Origin: an uncultured delta proteobacterium
GTDB lineage: Bacteria; Myxococcota_A; Polyangia; Polyangiales; Houyiibacteriaceae
DNA length: 64,000 bases
Reading direction: 5' to 3'
Assembly (NCBI GenBank): GCA_963699755.1
Contig: CAVOVB010000006.1
Span: 32,001 to 96,000 of the forward strand
The notes beneath the pieces were generated by a model. The model saw only the letters and a program-made list of their open reading frames with translations. It did not search any database and was not told the DNA's origin. The translations under genes and the position numbers were made by a program. This document shows positions 45,704 to 57,231 of the stretch, piece by piece. Each line of letters opens with the position of its first letter. The stretch's first letter is position 1.

Positions 45704-47620
45704 ATGAATCGATTTCGGATCGCCTCGGTAGTGATCGGCATCAGTGTTGTGACGCTTGCCGGCTGCGGTGAAACGAGCGGAGAAAGCGCTGCCCCTCTCG
45801 AAGGGTTCGTCTGTGGAGAAGACGGCTCGACCTACTCGGTCGAAGAGGCCGTGCGCGGCGAGCACGCGGTCAAGCACCGCGGTCGCTGTGATGCGCCCAT
45901 GCATTGTGGCTCGCCGACAGACTGCTTCGTCGGTGACGCGTGCCTACCCACGCCTTGGGCTGCAAGCGATGATACAAACGAGCCTGGCGCGGATCCGGCG
46001 AGCTTCGCGCCTGAGCCGGACGCTCATTGGTGTATTCCAGGGCCCACTCGCTGCAATTGCCCCGGTGTCTTCGAGCCGGTCTGCGGCGGGGACGGCCGCA
46101 ACTACATCAACGCCTGTGAGGCGGCTTGTGCAGGCGTTGGCATTCGGCATGAGGGGTACTGCGAAAAGCCGCCTGGAGAGGGCTGCGTCCGCGCAGGCTG
46201 CAGCGGCCAGCTTTGCGTCGAAGCGGGAATGGACATCGCGAGCACCTGTGAATGGCGTCCTGTATTCCAGTGCTACAAGGAGGCCAGCTGCGAGCGGCAG
46301 CCAAACGGCCAGTGTGGTTTCACGCCGACACATGAGCTCGTCGAATGCTTGGAACGGTTCGGCGAAGGCATGTGTCGCATCGATCCGCGTTGGCAGGATG
46401 GCTTTGAGGCCGAGTGTGAAAGCGCCCAGGTTCCGGGCGTCACGGGGATCGTTGCGATTTCCCCTCTTGAAATGATGCGGCTCGGCGAGCTGTTCCGCGC
46501 AAGCTTCCGGCTGCTCGACCCTCCGATCTTCGACGATGTTTATTTGGGCGAAGGCCTGCTCGTCTGCGATGGAGAGCGCACCAGGTTGGAAGGGCTCGTC
46601 ATGATGACGCCGTTCGGCGATCTCGAGTTCGAGTGCAGAATCCTGCCGGAAACGGATCCGGGCGAGTGCTTGGACGACGGCGACTGCCCGCCGGGCTACT
46701 ACTGCGAGCGCTTCGGCGGATGGCCCGATGATGGCGTAGTCGATCCGAGCATTCCTGAGCCGCCGCCCCCAGGCATGTGCATGGACTTGTGCGCGCTGAT
46801 CGACTGTGCGCCCGGGTACGTCTGTGAGCTCGGTGAGTGCATTCCTCAGAACGGAACCTGCGACAGCGACTACGATTGCCCGGTAGGCTGGATCTGCAAG
46901 GAGGGCATACTCGGAGCCCCGCAACCCGAGGGCGTCTGCGAACGATGTGCTTGTCTCGACATCTATGCCCCGGTCTGTGGCGTCGATGGACGAACCTACG
47001 GCAACGCCTGTGAAGCCCGCTGTGCGCACGCTCGCGTGGCGCATGAAGGAGAGTGCAAAGACGAGTGCCCGGTCGAGACGCACATTCGCAACTTCCAGGG
47101 CGAGTGCGTGCCGAAGTGCTACGGACCCGAGCAATGCGGCGACGAGCAGCATTGCAACGCGGCCGAGGTCTGCTTGCAGGACCCGGCTTGTCCGGAGTGC
47201 GACGTCTGCGTCGGCTGGTGTGAACCGCCGGTCGGCGACTGCCGCACCAATGGCTGTGAAGCAGGGTGGACCTGCGAGTACTGTCAGACCGCCGACGGGC
47301 AAGCGGAGTGGATCTGCTTAGCGCCGAACGCGGGGGCCTGCCTCCCGCCCGACGAATGCCGCCCGACCGGCTGCAACGGTGAAATCTGTGCGAATCAAGA
47401 CCTGGCGTCTCCTTGTGTCGCGTTGCCCGAGTTCGCCTGCTACCGAGAGGTCGGCGTTTGCGAAATCCAGCCTTGGGGTCAATGCGGCTGGACAGTCACG
47501 CCCGAGCTCGACGAGTGCCTTTCGCAGTTCGATTGCCGCGCGACGGGTTGTGGTGACGGACGGTATTGCGGCTACTGCTGGACCAGCTGGGAATGCATCC
47601 CGGAGGGTGCGGTTTGCTGA
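45704..47620 (+). CDS. Cys-rich lipoprotein with Kazal-type and eight-cysteine-cluster-like modules
   Basis: Lipobox LAGC; Kazal motifs PVCGGDGRNYINACEAAC and PVCGVDGRTYGNACEARC; two GC(S/N)G(Q/E)(L/I)C...GQCG(F/W) modules. Confidence 0.82.
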   Translation: MNRFRIASVVIGISVVTLAGCGETSGESAAPLEGFVCGEDGSTYSVEEAVRGEHAVKHRGRCDAPMHCGSPTDCFVGDACLPTPWAASDDTNEPGADPASFAPEPDAHWCIPGPTRCNCPGVFEPVCGGDGRNYINACEAACAGVGIRHEGYCEKPPGEGCVRAGCSGQLCVEAGMDIASTCEWRPVFQCYKEASCERQPNGQCGFTPTHELVECLERFGEGMCRIDPRWQDGFEAECESAQVPGVTGIVAISPLEMMRLGELFRASFRLLDPPIFDDVYLGEGLLVCDGERTRLEGLVMMTPFGDLEFECRILPETDPGECLDDGDCPPGYYCERFGGWPDDGVVDPSIPEPPPPGMCMDLCALIDCAPGYVCELGECIPQNGTCDSDYDCPVGWICKEGILGAPQPEGVCERCACLDIYAPVCGVDGRTYGNACEARCAHARVAHEGECKDECPVETHIRNFQGECVPKCYGPEQCGDEQHCNAAEVCLQDPACPECDVCVGWCEPPVGDCRTNGCEAGWTCEYCQTADGQAEWICLAPNAGACLPPDECRPTGCNGEICANQDLASPCVALPEFACYREVGVCEIQPWGQCGWTVTPELDECLSQFDCRATGCGDGRYCGYCWTSWECIPEGAVC

Positions 47621-47673
47621 AGACTTGGCATTGCCGTGCACCTATCGCCTCCCTGACGGCTTCAGCATCGCCG

Positions 47674-48123
47674 CTAGACAGGCGCTTCCACGACCACCTC
47701 GGTAGTGACCGAATTTGCGATGAAGCAGTGCTTGTGCGCGTTCGCGTGAAGCGCGTCCAGCTGCTCCTGAGTGGGCGGCTCGCTACCCCACGATATGTTT
47801 GGCCGTAGGACGACGCGAGTGATCGCGATTCGCTTCTCTGCATTTCGTTCCATGATGCCGACCGCTTCGTCCGTGTACTCGTCGACGACGAAACCATCGC
47901 GCGCAGCCAGCGCCAGAAACGTCAACATGTGACAACTCGATACGGCCGCGACGAATGCCCGCTCTGGATCGACGAGGTTTGGATTTCCCAGATATTGAGG
48001 CGCCGCTGAGGCTCCAATCTCGCTCCCGCCATGGAACTTCCACAGGTGATCGCGCGTGTATTCCTTGGGAGTGAACTCGGTCCCTTGGCGATCCCAATGA
48101 ATGGTTGCTCTGTGCTCTGACAT
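47674..48123 (-). CDS. OsmC/Ohr-family protein
   Basis: VDPERAFVAAVSSCHMLTFL and AHKHCFIANSV (two Cys); GAAGGAG SD before ATG 48123. Confidence 0.9.
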   Translation of the reverse strand: MSEHRATIHWDRQGTEFTPKEYTRDHLWKFHGGSEIGASAAPQYLGNPNLVDPERAFVAAVSSCHMLTFLALAARDGFVVDEYTDEAVGIMERNAEKRIAITRVVLRPNISWGSEPPTQEQLDALHANAHKHCFIANSVTTEVVVEAPV

Positions 48124-48285
48124 CCGTGCTCCTTCGAGCCTCGACCCTAGGGTCGTTTCACAAAGGGGACACTCTCGATACCCCCCAACTGTTTGAAATA
48201 ATCGCTTTTGCCCCAAAGATCGCGGTGGCGGCTGGAGTGTCCCCCGATTGGGTCAGTGTCACCGTCGGTGCCGGTGTCGGCGGGG

Positions 48286-49464
48286 CTAGCCGCCGCTAAC
48301 GGGGTCGACGAAGACGGGGGAGGTGTCGTCGGTGAGGCGGTTTCGGAGAAAGCCTTCCGGCAGCGAGACTTTTTGGCGACCGGCGGTCTTGCCGCGGGGG
48401 ACTCGCATGGCCTCTGGAGGGAAGGGCTCCGCGGGGTTGCCAGAGTGGAGCACCTCTTCGAGCTCGTTGAGGCTGGTTACACGCATCAGCCGAGACCGGA
48501 GCTTCGCGCTGCCCCGGAAGCCCTTGGTGTACCAGCTGCTGTGCCGCCGGAACATGCGCATCGCGGGGTCCTCACCAGCCCATTCGCTCAATAGTGCGGC
48601 ATGCTCGAGGGCAACCTCGACCATGTCGCCGAAGGTCGGCGGATTCTGTGGCTCACGCCCCTCGAACACGTCCGCAAGGTCTCGGAACAGCCACGGCCGA
48701 CCGAGACAACCACGGCCGATCACCACGCCGTCGCAGCCGGTGCTGCGCAGCATCCGGAGCGCATCATGGGCTTCCCAGATGTCACCGTTTCCGAGTACCG
48801 GGATCGTACGGACGTGATTCTTCAATCGTGCGATCGCACCCCACTGCGCCTCACCATCGTAGAGCTGGGCGGCGGTGCGTGCGTGCAGGGCGACCGCTGC
48901 GCAACCTTCTTCTTCCCCGATCCGGCCGGCGTCTTCATAGGTGAGCAGGCTCTCGTCGATCCCCATTCGGAACTTGATCGTCACTGGAATCTCGCCGGCG
49001 TTCAGCACCGCAGCTCGGACGATCTTGGCCAACAGCTGCGGCTTCGCAGGAATCGCAGCGCCACCGCCCTTGCGCGTGACCTTGGGGACGGGGCAACCGA
49101 AGTTCATGTCGATGTGGTCCACGCGTCCTTCACCGACGAGCCATTTCACAGCCTCACCCACGTAGTGCGGGTCGACTCCGTACAACTGGAGGCTTCGTGG
49201 CGACTCGTCCTCGCCAAACTCCGCGAGCATCAGGGCCTTGGCTCGGCCTTCGACCAGGGGACGGGCCGTCACCATTTCACTCACATACAAACCCGCGCCA
49301 AACCGCCGGCAGATCGCGCGAAACGGCCAGTTGGTGACGCCGGCCATCGGGGCCAGAACCACGGGGGGCCAAACCGACAGCGGGCCAATTTCAATGGCGG
49401 CAAACTCGTCGGGACGGGCCAATGGCACGGCGCGATTCAGCTCGCTCTTGTACACCTGCTCCAT
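48286..49464 (-). CDS. dusB: tRNA-dihydrouridine synthase DusB
   Basis: LAPMAGVT, DMNFGCPVPKV, HARTA, GNGDI, GRGCLGRPW. Confidence 0.92.
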   Translation of the reverse strand: MEQVYKSELNRAVPLARPDEFAAIEIGPLSVWPPVVLAPMAGVTNWPFRAICRRFGAGLYVSEMVTARPLVEGRAKALMLAEFGEDESPRSLQLYGVDPHYVGEAVKWLVGEGRVDHIDMNFGCPVPKVTRKGGGAAIPAKPQLLAKIVRAAVLNAGEIPVTIKFRMGIDESLLTYEDAGRIGEEEGCAAVALHARTAAQLYDGEAQWGAIARLKNHVRTIPVLGNGDIWEAHDALRMLRSTGCDGVVIGRGCLGRPWLFRDLADVFEGREPQNPPTFGDMVEVALEHAALLSEWAGEDPAMRMFRRHSSWYTKGFRGSAKLRSRLMRVTSLNELEEVLHSGNPAEPFPPEAMRVPRGKTAGRQKVSLPEGFLRNRLTDDTSPVFVDPVSGG

Positions 49465-49506
49465 CGAGGTTTCACGTTCGGAAAAGGGATGGCCCGCTGC
49501 AGAGGC

Positions 49507-50358
49507 TCAGTTGACCACGGCAAGATGACGGTGGCCGTTCGTTCGGAGAAGCTTCATGCGCCAATCCACGCCAATGAGCTCGCCGGGCTCTAGTGGAAGC
49601 CAAATGTTCTCACCCATGATCGTTTCGCTCGAGAAGATCAGATGGTTCACATAGCCGCTCTCCGACGGGGCCTCGCACTCGGACGATAGGCTGGGGCAGG
49701 TATCGCGATCCGCGCAACGCGTCTTGTAGGTCGACCAATAGAGCTCTTTGCCACCTTCCGCCGCAACCATCGTCGTTCCGTCAGTCACGATCACGGTCAG
49801 CAGCGACGGCTCCTTTTCGGGATCGATGTCGCAAATCGCACGCACGTGCTCGAGCGTCGATTGAAGCGACATCGCAGTCTCTTCGACTCCTATGCGACCT
49901 TGCAGCGGACCATGTTGCGATAGGTGGGTCAGGAACAAGAAGAACAAGACCTCACTGTCGGTGTCGCCGAGGATGTATCTCCGGAGCATGGGCGCGATGC
50001 GATCGAGGAGCGCGGCGCGGTGCTTGGGAAAATCTTGAATGTCACCGTTGTGCGCGAGGATCCATTTGCCGTATTGAAAAGGATGGCAGTTCAGCACGGA
50101 TAGCTCGCCATTGGTGGCGCGCCGCACGTGCGCCAGCACCGTTTCGGAGGCGACGACGCCGCTCACGCGATGAAAGAGGGCATCGTCGAGGGCCGTTGCC
50201 GGGCTCCGGGTAATGTGAGGGGAGCCGTCGACGTAAAAGGCCACGCCCCAGCCGTCGCGGTGGTCGTTGCTCTGAGCGCCGAGCGCGTTATCCGCGTCCA
50301 TCAAGGAGCGGTGCACCTGGCTCTGAATCACGCTGCGAAACCCGAATAAACGACACAT
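49507..50358 (-). CDS. Class II glutamine amidotransferase (YafJ/EgtC/Dug3-like)
   Basis: N-terminal MCRLFG (Cys2 nucleophile), DGWG, AHVRRAT, HPF, AHNG, GDTDSE. Confidence 0.9.
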   Translation of the reverse strand: MCRLFGFRSVIQSQVHRSLMDADNALGAQSNDHRDGWGVAFYVDGSPHITRSPATALDDALFHRVSGVVASETVLAHVRRATNGELSVLNCHPFQYGKWILAHNGDIQDFPKHRAALLDRIAPMLRRYILGDTDSEVLFFLFLTHLSQHGPLQGRIGVEETAMSLQSTLEHVRAICDIDPEKEPSLLTVIVTDGTTMVAAEGGKELYWSTYKTRCADRDTCPSLSSECEAPSESGYVNHLIFSSETIMGENIWLPLEPGELIGVDWRMKLLRTNGHRHLAVVN

Positions 50359-50440
50359 GATCCGATCATTTTGACACGAACCGCGGCGCCGTGCTTCCTC
50401 TGCTGTTCAGAAGGCAGCCCGGGTGTTAAGGTGCGCGCCC

Positions 50441-51789
50441 GTGAAGCGATTTCGGCGTCTTTTCATCGCGAACCGAGGCGAGGTTGCTGCTCGAATCGCA
50501 AAGACTTGTGACCGGCTCGGGATCACGCCGGTCTTTGGTGTCTCCGAGGCCGACCGCACGGCGCCCTATCTGCGCGGCCGTGAGTCGGTGCTGCTCGGCC
50601 CCGCGAGATCGAGCGAGAGCTATCTCGCGAGGGAGCGCATCGTCCAGGCCGCGGTCCAGACCCAGTGCACTGCGCTTCATCCAGGCTGGGGCTTTCTCGC
50701 CGAGGATCCCCTCTTTGCCTCTCTCTGCCAAGCGCACGGGGTGACCTTCATCGGCCCGCCCGCCGCGGTGATGCAGAAGCTCGGCCGCAAGACGCCGGCG
50801 AAGGCGGCGATGGCAGCGGCAGGTTTGAAGGTGATCCCCGGGAGCGACGGCGTCTTGCAGGACCTCGACGAGGCGCGCGAGGTTGCAAATGCCACCGGGT
50901 TCCCCGTCTTGCTCAAGGCGGAGAGCGGCGGTGGCGGCCGCGGGATGCGCATCGTCCGAGAGGCGAGCGGCGTCAAAGAGGCCTATGATTCGGCGCAGGC
51001 TGAATCGCTCGCGTCTTTTGGGGACGACCAGCTCTATCTCGAGAAGCTCATAGAAGGTGGGCGCCACATCGAGATCCAGCTGCTTGCCGACAAGTACGGC
51101 CGGGTAGTCCACCTCGGAGAGCGAGACTGTTCGGTGCAACGCAAGCACCAAAAGCTCATCGAGGAGTCGCCAGCTCTGGTCTTGAGCGATGCCGAACGCG
51201 AGCAGACGCTGGCCGCCGCCGTGCGTGCCACGAGCGCGATTGGTTACGTCGGAGCTGGCACGATGGAGTTTCTCCTCGACGAGCGCGGCGAGCTTCGGTT
51301 CATGGAGATGAACGCGCGCCTGCAAGTGGAGCATCCGGTCTCCGAGATGCGCACCGGCATCGACCTCGTCGAGGCGCAGATTCGGATTGCTGGGGGCGAA
51401 CCGCTCTGGTTTGTGCAGGAAGACGTCGAGCTACGGGGTCACGCGATCGAGTGCCGCATCAATGCTGAGGATCCATCCATGGGATTCGCGCCGAGCCCTG
51501 GGCTGATCGAACGATGGAAAGTCTCGCTCGGGGGGGACGAGAACGTCCGGGTCGATACCCACGTCGAGTCCGGCTACGAGGTCCCTTCCTACTACGATAG
51601 CCTGATCTGTAAAGTGATCGCCTGGGGTCAGGACCGCGAAGCGGCCTGCAATCGTCTGAGCAGAGCATTGAAGGGCATCCGCTGCGATGGCATCTCGACT
51701 ACGATCCCGATGCACCTAGCTGTCCTGGGTTCGGAAGAGTTCCGAGAGAATAGGTACGACACGCGCGCCGTGCCGGGGTGGGAGAGCTG

Positions 51790-51790
<1 letters not shown>
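50441..51790 (+). CDS. Biotin carboxylase subunit of an acyl-CoA carboxylase
   Basis: [47 protein letters not shown]; start GTG 50441. Confidence 0.92.
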
Positions 51791-53516
<1,726 letters not shown>

Positions 53517-53520
<4 letters not shown>

Positions 53521-54107
53521 GCGCGGAGGGCTACATTCTGCGTGCGCGGGCTGTTGAGGGAGACGCGAGCGAGCTCTTGTCCCCGAGCGTTGGGGTGTTC
53601 ACGCCCGGGGTCAGCGAAGGGGAGCTGGTCTCTTCGGGTCAGGCGGTGGGAACGATCGATGTTCTTGGGGTGCTGCGTCGGCTCGCGGTTCCCGAGGGGG
53701 TCGCGGGTCGAGTCACCGGCCGGGCCGGTGGAGGCCGATCGCGCGTTCCCGTTCAGTATGGAGATGTCTTGCTCACCGTTTCGACCGCGCTGATGCAGAA
53801 CATAGCCAAGGCCTTTACCTCCGTGACTGCCGAGCAAGATGGCGCGCTTGCGTTTACCGCGCCCATGAGCGGCCGCTTCTACAGCCGGCCCTCTCCCACC
53901 GAGCCGCCGTTCGTCTCCGCAGGCGAGATCGTGCAGCGCGGCCAGACGGTGGGCCTGCTCGAGGTGATGAAGACGTTCAATCGCTTGGTGTATCAAGGTG
54001 ATGCCTTGCCAGAATCCGCGAGGGTGGAGAAGGTCGTGCCAAACGAGGGCGATGACGTAGTCCGTGGCGACGTCATCCTGGCGCTCGGCTCTTCGACTGA
54101 GAGTTGA
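53517..54107 (+). CDS. Biotin carboxyl carrier protein with two biotinyl/lipoyl-like domains
   Basis: C-terminal [13 protein letters not shown]...LEVMKTFN carries the biotin Lys. The N-terminal LSPSVGVF...[11 protein letters not shown] repeat lacks it. Confidence 0.82.
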
Positions 54108-54126
54108 AGTGTTTTCAAACGGTTGC

Positions 54127-55074
54127 ATGGCTAGATCGTGTCCCCTGCTGCTACTGCTGCTCGGTTGCAGCTCGGCGGCGCCCGTGGGGGACCCGAGCGT
54201 CGCGTCGGAGCTCAAGAGTTTTGTGTTCAAGCATGACGGGATCGTTCGTGACGTCGGGATTTTCGATCCGGCATCGCGCGTGGCCTCGGCGCTCCGGCCG
54301 CTGGTCCTGGTCCTGCACGGTGGTCTCGGGGACGATGACGACACGGTCGCTTTGAGCTTTGGCAAGCTCAATCGGCTCGCGGCGGAGGATGATTACCTAG
54401 TCGTTTACCCCCAAGGCATTGGCGGGCATTGGAACGATGGTCGCAACGTGGAGCGCTACGTCGCCCAACGGGAGCGCGTCAACGACGTCGACTTTCTGAC
54501 CAAGTTGATCGACGAGCTCGTCGAGAAGCGCGCCGTCGACCCGGATGCGGTGTTCATCGTGGGGGTGTCCGATGGCGCGATGATGGCGCACCGGTTCGCA
54601 TGTGAGCGGACGAACAAGCTTCGGGCCTTCACCGCGGTGATCGGCGCCATGCCCTACAACGTGGCGCGGAAGCGCGGCCGTTGCGGCAAAGAAGCGCTCT
54701 CGGTCCTGATGATCAATGGGACTGAAGACCCGGTGGTGCCCTGGGGCGGCGGACTCGTCCAGTTTGACGGACAGAAGCTCGGCAGAGTGCTCTCCGCAGA
54801 AAAGACATTCTCCTTTTGGAAGCGCCACGCAGCCTGTACGGGAGACGAGGCTTCGCTGATTCCTGACTTCGTTCCCGATGATGGCACGCGCATCGAGCGC
54901 ACCAAGGCAAGCAATTGCCGCAACAGCGTCAAGATCGAGCTCTTCGCGGTCCGCGGCGCCGGTCACACCTGGCCCTCGGGCTGGCAATACCTGCCGGAGG
55001 CCCTGATCGGCGCGACGAGCCGGGACATCGACGCCTCGATTGCGACGTGGCGCTTCTTTCAGAGCACACTCTAG
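54127..55074 (+). CDS. PHB-depolymerase/LpqC-like alpha/beta-hydrolase, probable lipoprotein
   Basis: LLGC lipobox, PLVLVLHG, GVSDG nucleophile elbow, GTEDP, GHTWP. Confidence 0.85.
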   Translation: MARSCPLLLLLLGCSSAAPVGDPSVASELKSFVFKHDGIVRDVGIFDPASRVASALRPLVLVLHGGLGDDDDTVALSFGKLNRLAAEDDYLVVYPQGIGGHWNDGRNVERYVAQRERVNDVDFLTKLIDELVEKRAVDPDAVFIVGVSDGAMMAHRFACERTNKLRAFTAVIGAMPYNVARKRGRCGKEALSVLMINGTEDPVVPWGGGLVQFDGQKLGRVLSAEKTFSFWKRHAACTGDEASLIPDFVPDDGTRIERTKASNCRNSVKIELFAVRGAGHTWPSGWQYLPEALIGATSRDIDASIATWRFFQSTL

Positions 55075-55104
55075 CTCTCATCGCGATGGTGCTAAGCTCT
55101 GCCG

Positions 55105-56298
55105 ATGGTGAAGCCCAAGCTCGGCGACCGGGCCTTGTTTCCCAGGCTGGAAGCGACCGCGTACCTAGCCCACGCCGCCATTTCGCCCCTCTCCGCGCCG
55201 GTCTGTGAGCGCGTTCGAGAGGTGACCGAGGACTACGCCTCCGGTGGAATGGCAGGCTTCGTTCGCTGGGCGCCGCGGCTCCAGCAGGTGCGGGACAATC
55301 TCGCGGCGCTCATCTCCGCCTCTGCGAACGAGATCGCTATCGTGTCGAACACCACCCAGGGCGTGATCGACGTCGCCTTCGGTCTCCCCTGGTGCAAAGG
55401 CGACCGAGTCGTCCTCTTCGACGGCGAATTTCCGGCGAACGTGACCCCGTGGCAGCAGGCTGCGAAGACGTTTGCCTTGGAGCTTCGCTGGGTCTCGCTC
55501 GACCCCTTTCACCGCTCTGTCGACGAGGGCCTTGCTGCGCTCGAAGGCGTGCTGAAGCTCGGGATCCGCCTCGTGGCCGTGAGCGCAGTCCAATACAAGA
55601 CCGGGCTTCGAATGCCGCTCGCCCAGATGGCTGCGCTTTGTCACAAATACGACGCCGAGATCTTCGTCGATGCGATTCAAGCGCTCGGGGCGACCCCGGT
55701 CGATGTAACCTGGGGCATCGACTACCTCAGCTCGGGCAGTCACAAGCACCTGATGGGCGCCGAGGGCGCCGGCTTCTTGTACGTCGCCGAACGCTGTGCG
55801 GCGGCGATGAAACCACGGCTTGCCGGTTGGTTGGGCCACCAGGATCCGGCTGCCTTCTTGATCAGCGACGTGCCAAGGCTCCGCTACGACAACCCGCTCA
55901 AACAGGGCGCCCAGGCCTTCGAAATCGGGACCAGCAACGTGATCGGGCTTGCGGCGCTCGGAGCGTCACTCGAGCTTCTCCGTCAGCTCGGCGCGCCGGC
56001 CATTCACGCACATGTCGATGCGTATCTCGAAGGGCTCGAAGCGGGCCTCGTCGAGCTCGGGTTTCACAGTCATCGCGCCAAGGCGCCCGCGCTTCGCTCT
56101 ACGCTGCTCAGCGTGACCATCCCTGGCGACGTCCGCCTCTCGAAGCTTGCGGCAGCACTCCGCGATAGCGGGGTGGTCTGCAACACACCGGATGGCTTGA
56201 TGCGTTTTGCGCCCCACTGGCCGAACGCGCATCGGGAGGTTCCTCTTGTCCTCGATGCCGTAGGCCAGGCCCTGGCCGAGCTTCGAGCTGGAGCCTAG
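55105..56298 (+). CDS. Class V PLP-dependent aminotransferase / C-S lyase family protein
   Basis: YLAHAAISP, NTTQG, EFPAN, VDAIQALG, GSHKHL (PLP Lys). Confidence 0.88.
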   Translation: MVKPKLGDRALFPRLEATAYLAHAAISPLSAPVCERVREVTEDYASGGMAGFVRWAPRLQQVRDNLAALISASANEIAIVSNTTQGVIDVAFGLPWCKGDRVVLFDGEFPANVTPWQQAAKTFALELRWVSLDPFHRSVDEGLAALEGVLKLGIRLVAVSAVQYKTGLRMPLAQMAALCHKYDAEIFVDAIQALGATPVDVTWGIDYLSSGSHKHLMGAEGAGFLYVAERCAAAMKPRLAGWLGHQDPAAFLISDVPRLRYDNPLKQGAQAFEIGTSNVIGLAALGASLELLRQLGAPAIHAHVDAYLEGLEAGLVELGFHSHRAKAPALRSTLLSVTIPGDVRLSKLAAALRDSGVVCNTPDGLMRFAPHWPNAHREVPLVLDAVGQALAELRAGA

Positions 56299-56307
56299 GC
56301 ACGCCCG

Positions 56308-56826
56308 ATGGCTGCACAAAGCGACCGGAGCTTCTGGATCTTCAACGCCCTGATTTCCGCCGGTGCGGTCGGTTTCTTGGGCTGGCTCTTGCTTCTTCGG
56401 GAGGGCGGCGGCGTCGACGCGGACCTGAGCTTCATGCCAGGCGTCAACGCCACGCTGAACGCTACCTCCGCCGCGTTGCTCGTCTCGGGGCTCGTCGCGA
56501 TTCGAAACGGCCGCCGCGAGGTCCACAAGCGGCTGATGGTCTCCGCGTTCGCTGCCTCGGCGGTCTTTCTGGTGGGCTACGTATTCTACCACTACGCGCA
56601 TGGTGATACGCAGTATCGAGGCGAGGGGACGCTCCGCGTCTTCTACTTCGCGATTTTGATCAGTCACGTGCTTCTTTCGATCGCGATGCTCCCGATGATC
56701 TTGACGACGTTCTACTTGGCGGTGAGGGAGCGCTTCTCGGCGCACAAGCGGCTCGCCCGCTGGACCTTGCCGATTTGGCTATATGTCTCGGTCACCGGCG
56801 TCCTGATCTATTTCATGCTCCGCTGA
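56308..56826 (+). CDS. DUF420 membrane protein
   Basis: VNATLNA, HKRLM, ILISHVLL, HKRLARWTLPIWLYVSVTG. Confidence 0.88.
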   Translation: MAAQSDRSFWIFNALISAGAVGFLGWLLLLREGGGVDADLSFMPGVNATLNATSAALLVSGLVAIRNGRREVHKRLMVSAFAASAVFLVGYVFYHYAHGDTQYRGEGTLRVFYFAILISHVLLSIAMLPMILTTFYLAVRERFSAHKRLARWTLPIWLYVSVTGVLIYFMLR

Positions 56827-56896
56827 CGCTGACTCCGGCACTGGCACTGGCACTGGCCCCGCTCATCCCCAACACTCCCTCCCCAGGAGGGTTTTG

Positions 56897-57145
56897 ATGG
56901 GAATCATCTCGTGGATCGTGTTCGGATTGCTCGCGGGCATCCTCGCCAAGTTCCTGATGCCTGGCGACGATGGCGGTGGGTTCATCGGGACGACCTTGGT
57001 CGGCGTCGCGGGCGCCATGGTCGGTGGCTTTGTCGGAACGGAGCTTGGATTCGGCGACGTGACAGGCTTCAACGTCAAGAGCTTCGCGATCGCGATTGCC
57101 GGAGCCGTAGCGGTCTTGTGGGTCTATCGAAGGCTGAAGAAATAG
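56897..57145 (+). CDS. GlsB/YeaQ/YmgE family membrane protein
   Basis: MGIISWIVFGLLAGILAKFLMPG; AGGAGG SD. Confidence 0.9.
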   Translation: MGIISWIVFGLLAGILAKFLMPGDDGGGFIGTTLVGVAGAMVGGFVGTELGFGDVTGFNVKSFAIAIAGAVAVLWVYRRLKK

Positions 57146-57231
57146 GGGACGCGCGGCTACCCTTGAGAGCGGTGTTGTACCAATCACTCGACAAGCGCGT
57201 TAAGCGGTTCGCGTTCGGGACCGGGGCCCGC

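Noticed and set aside
56837..56857. GGCACT x3.5 microsatellite upstream of the GlsB/YeaQ gene
   Set aside because: It is too short to support phase variation, and its TGGCAC copies have no correctly spaced TTGC for a sigma-54 promoter.
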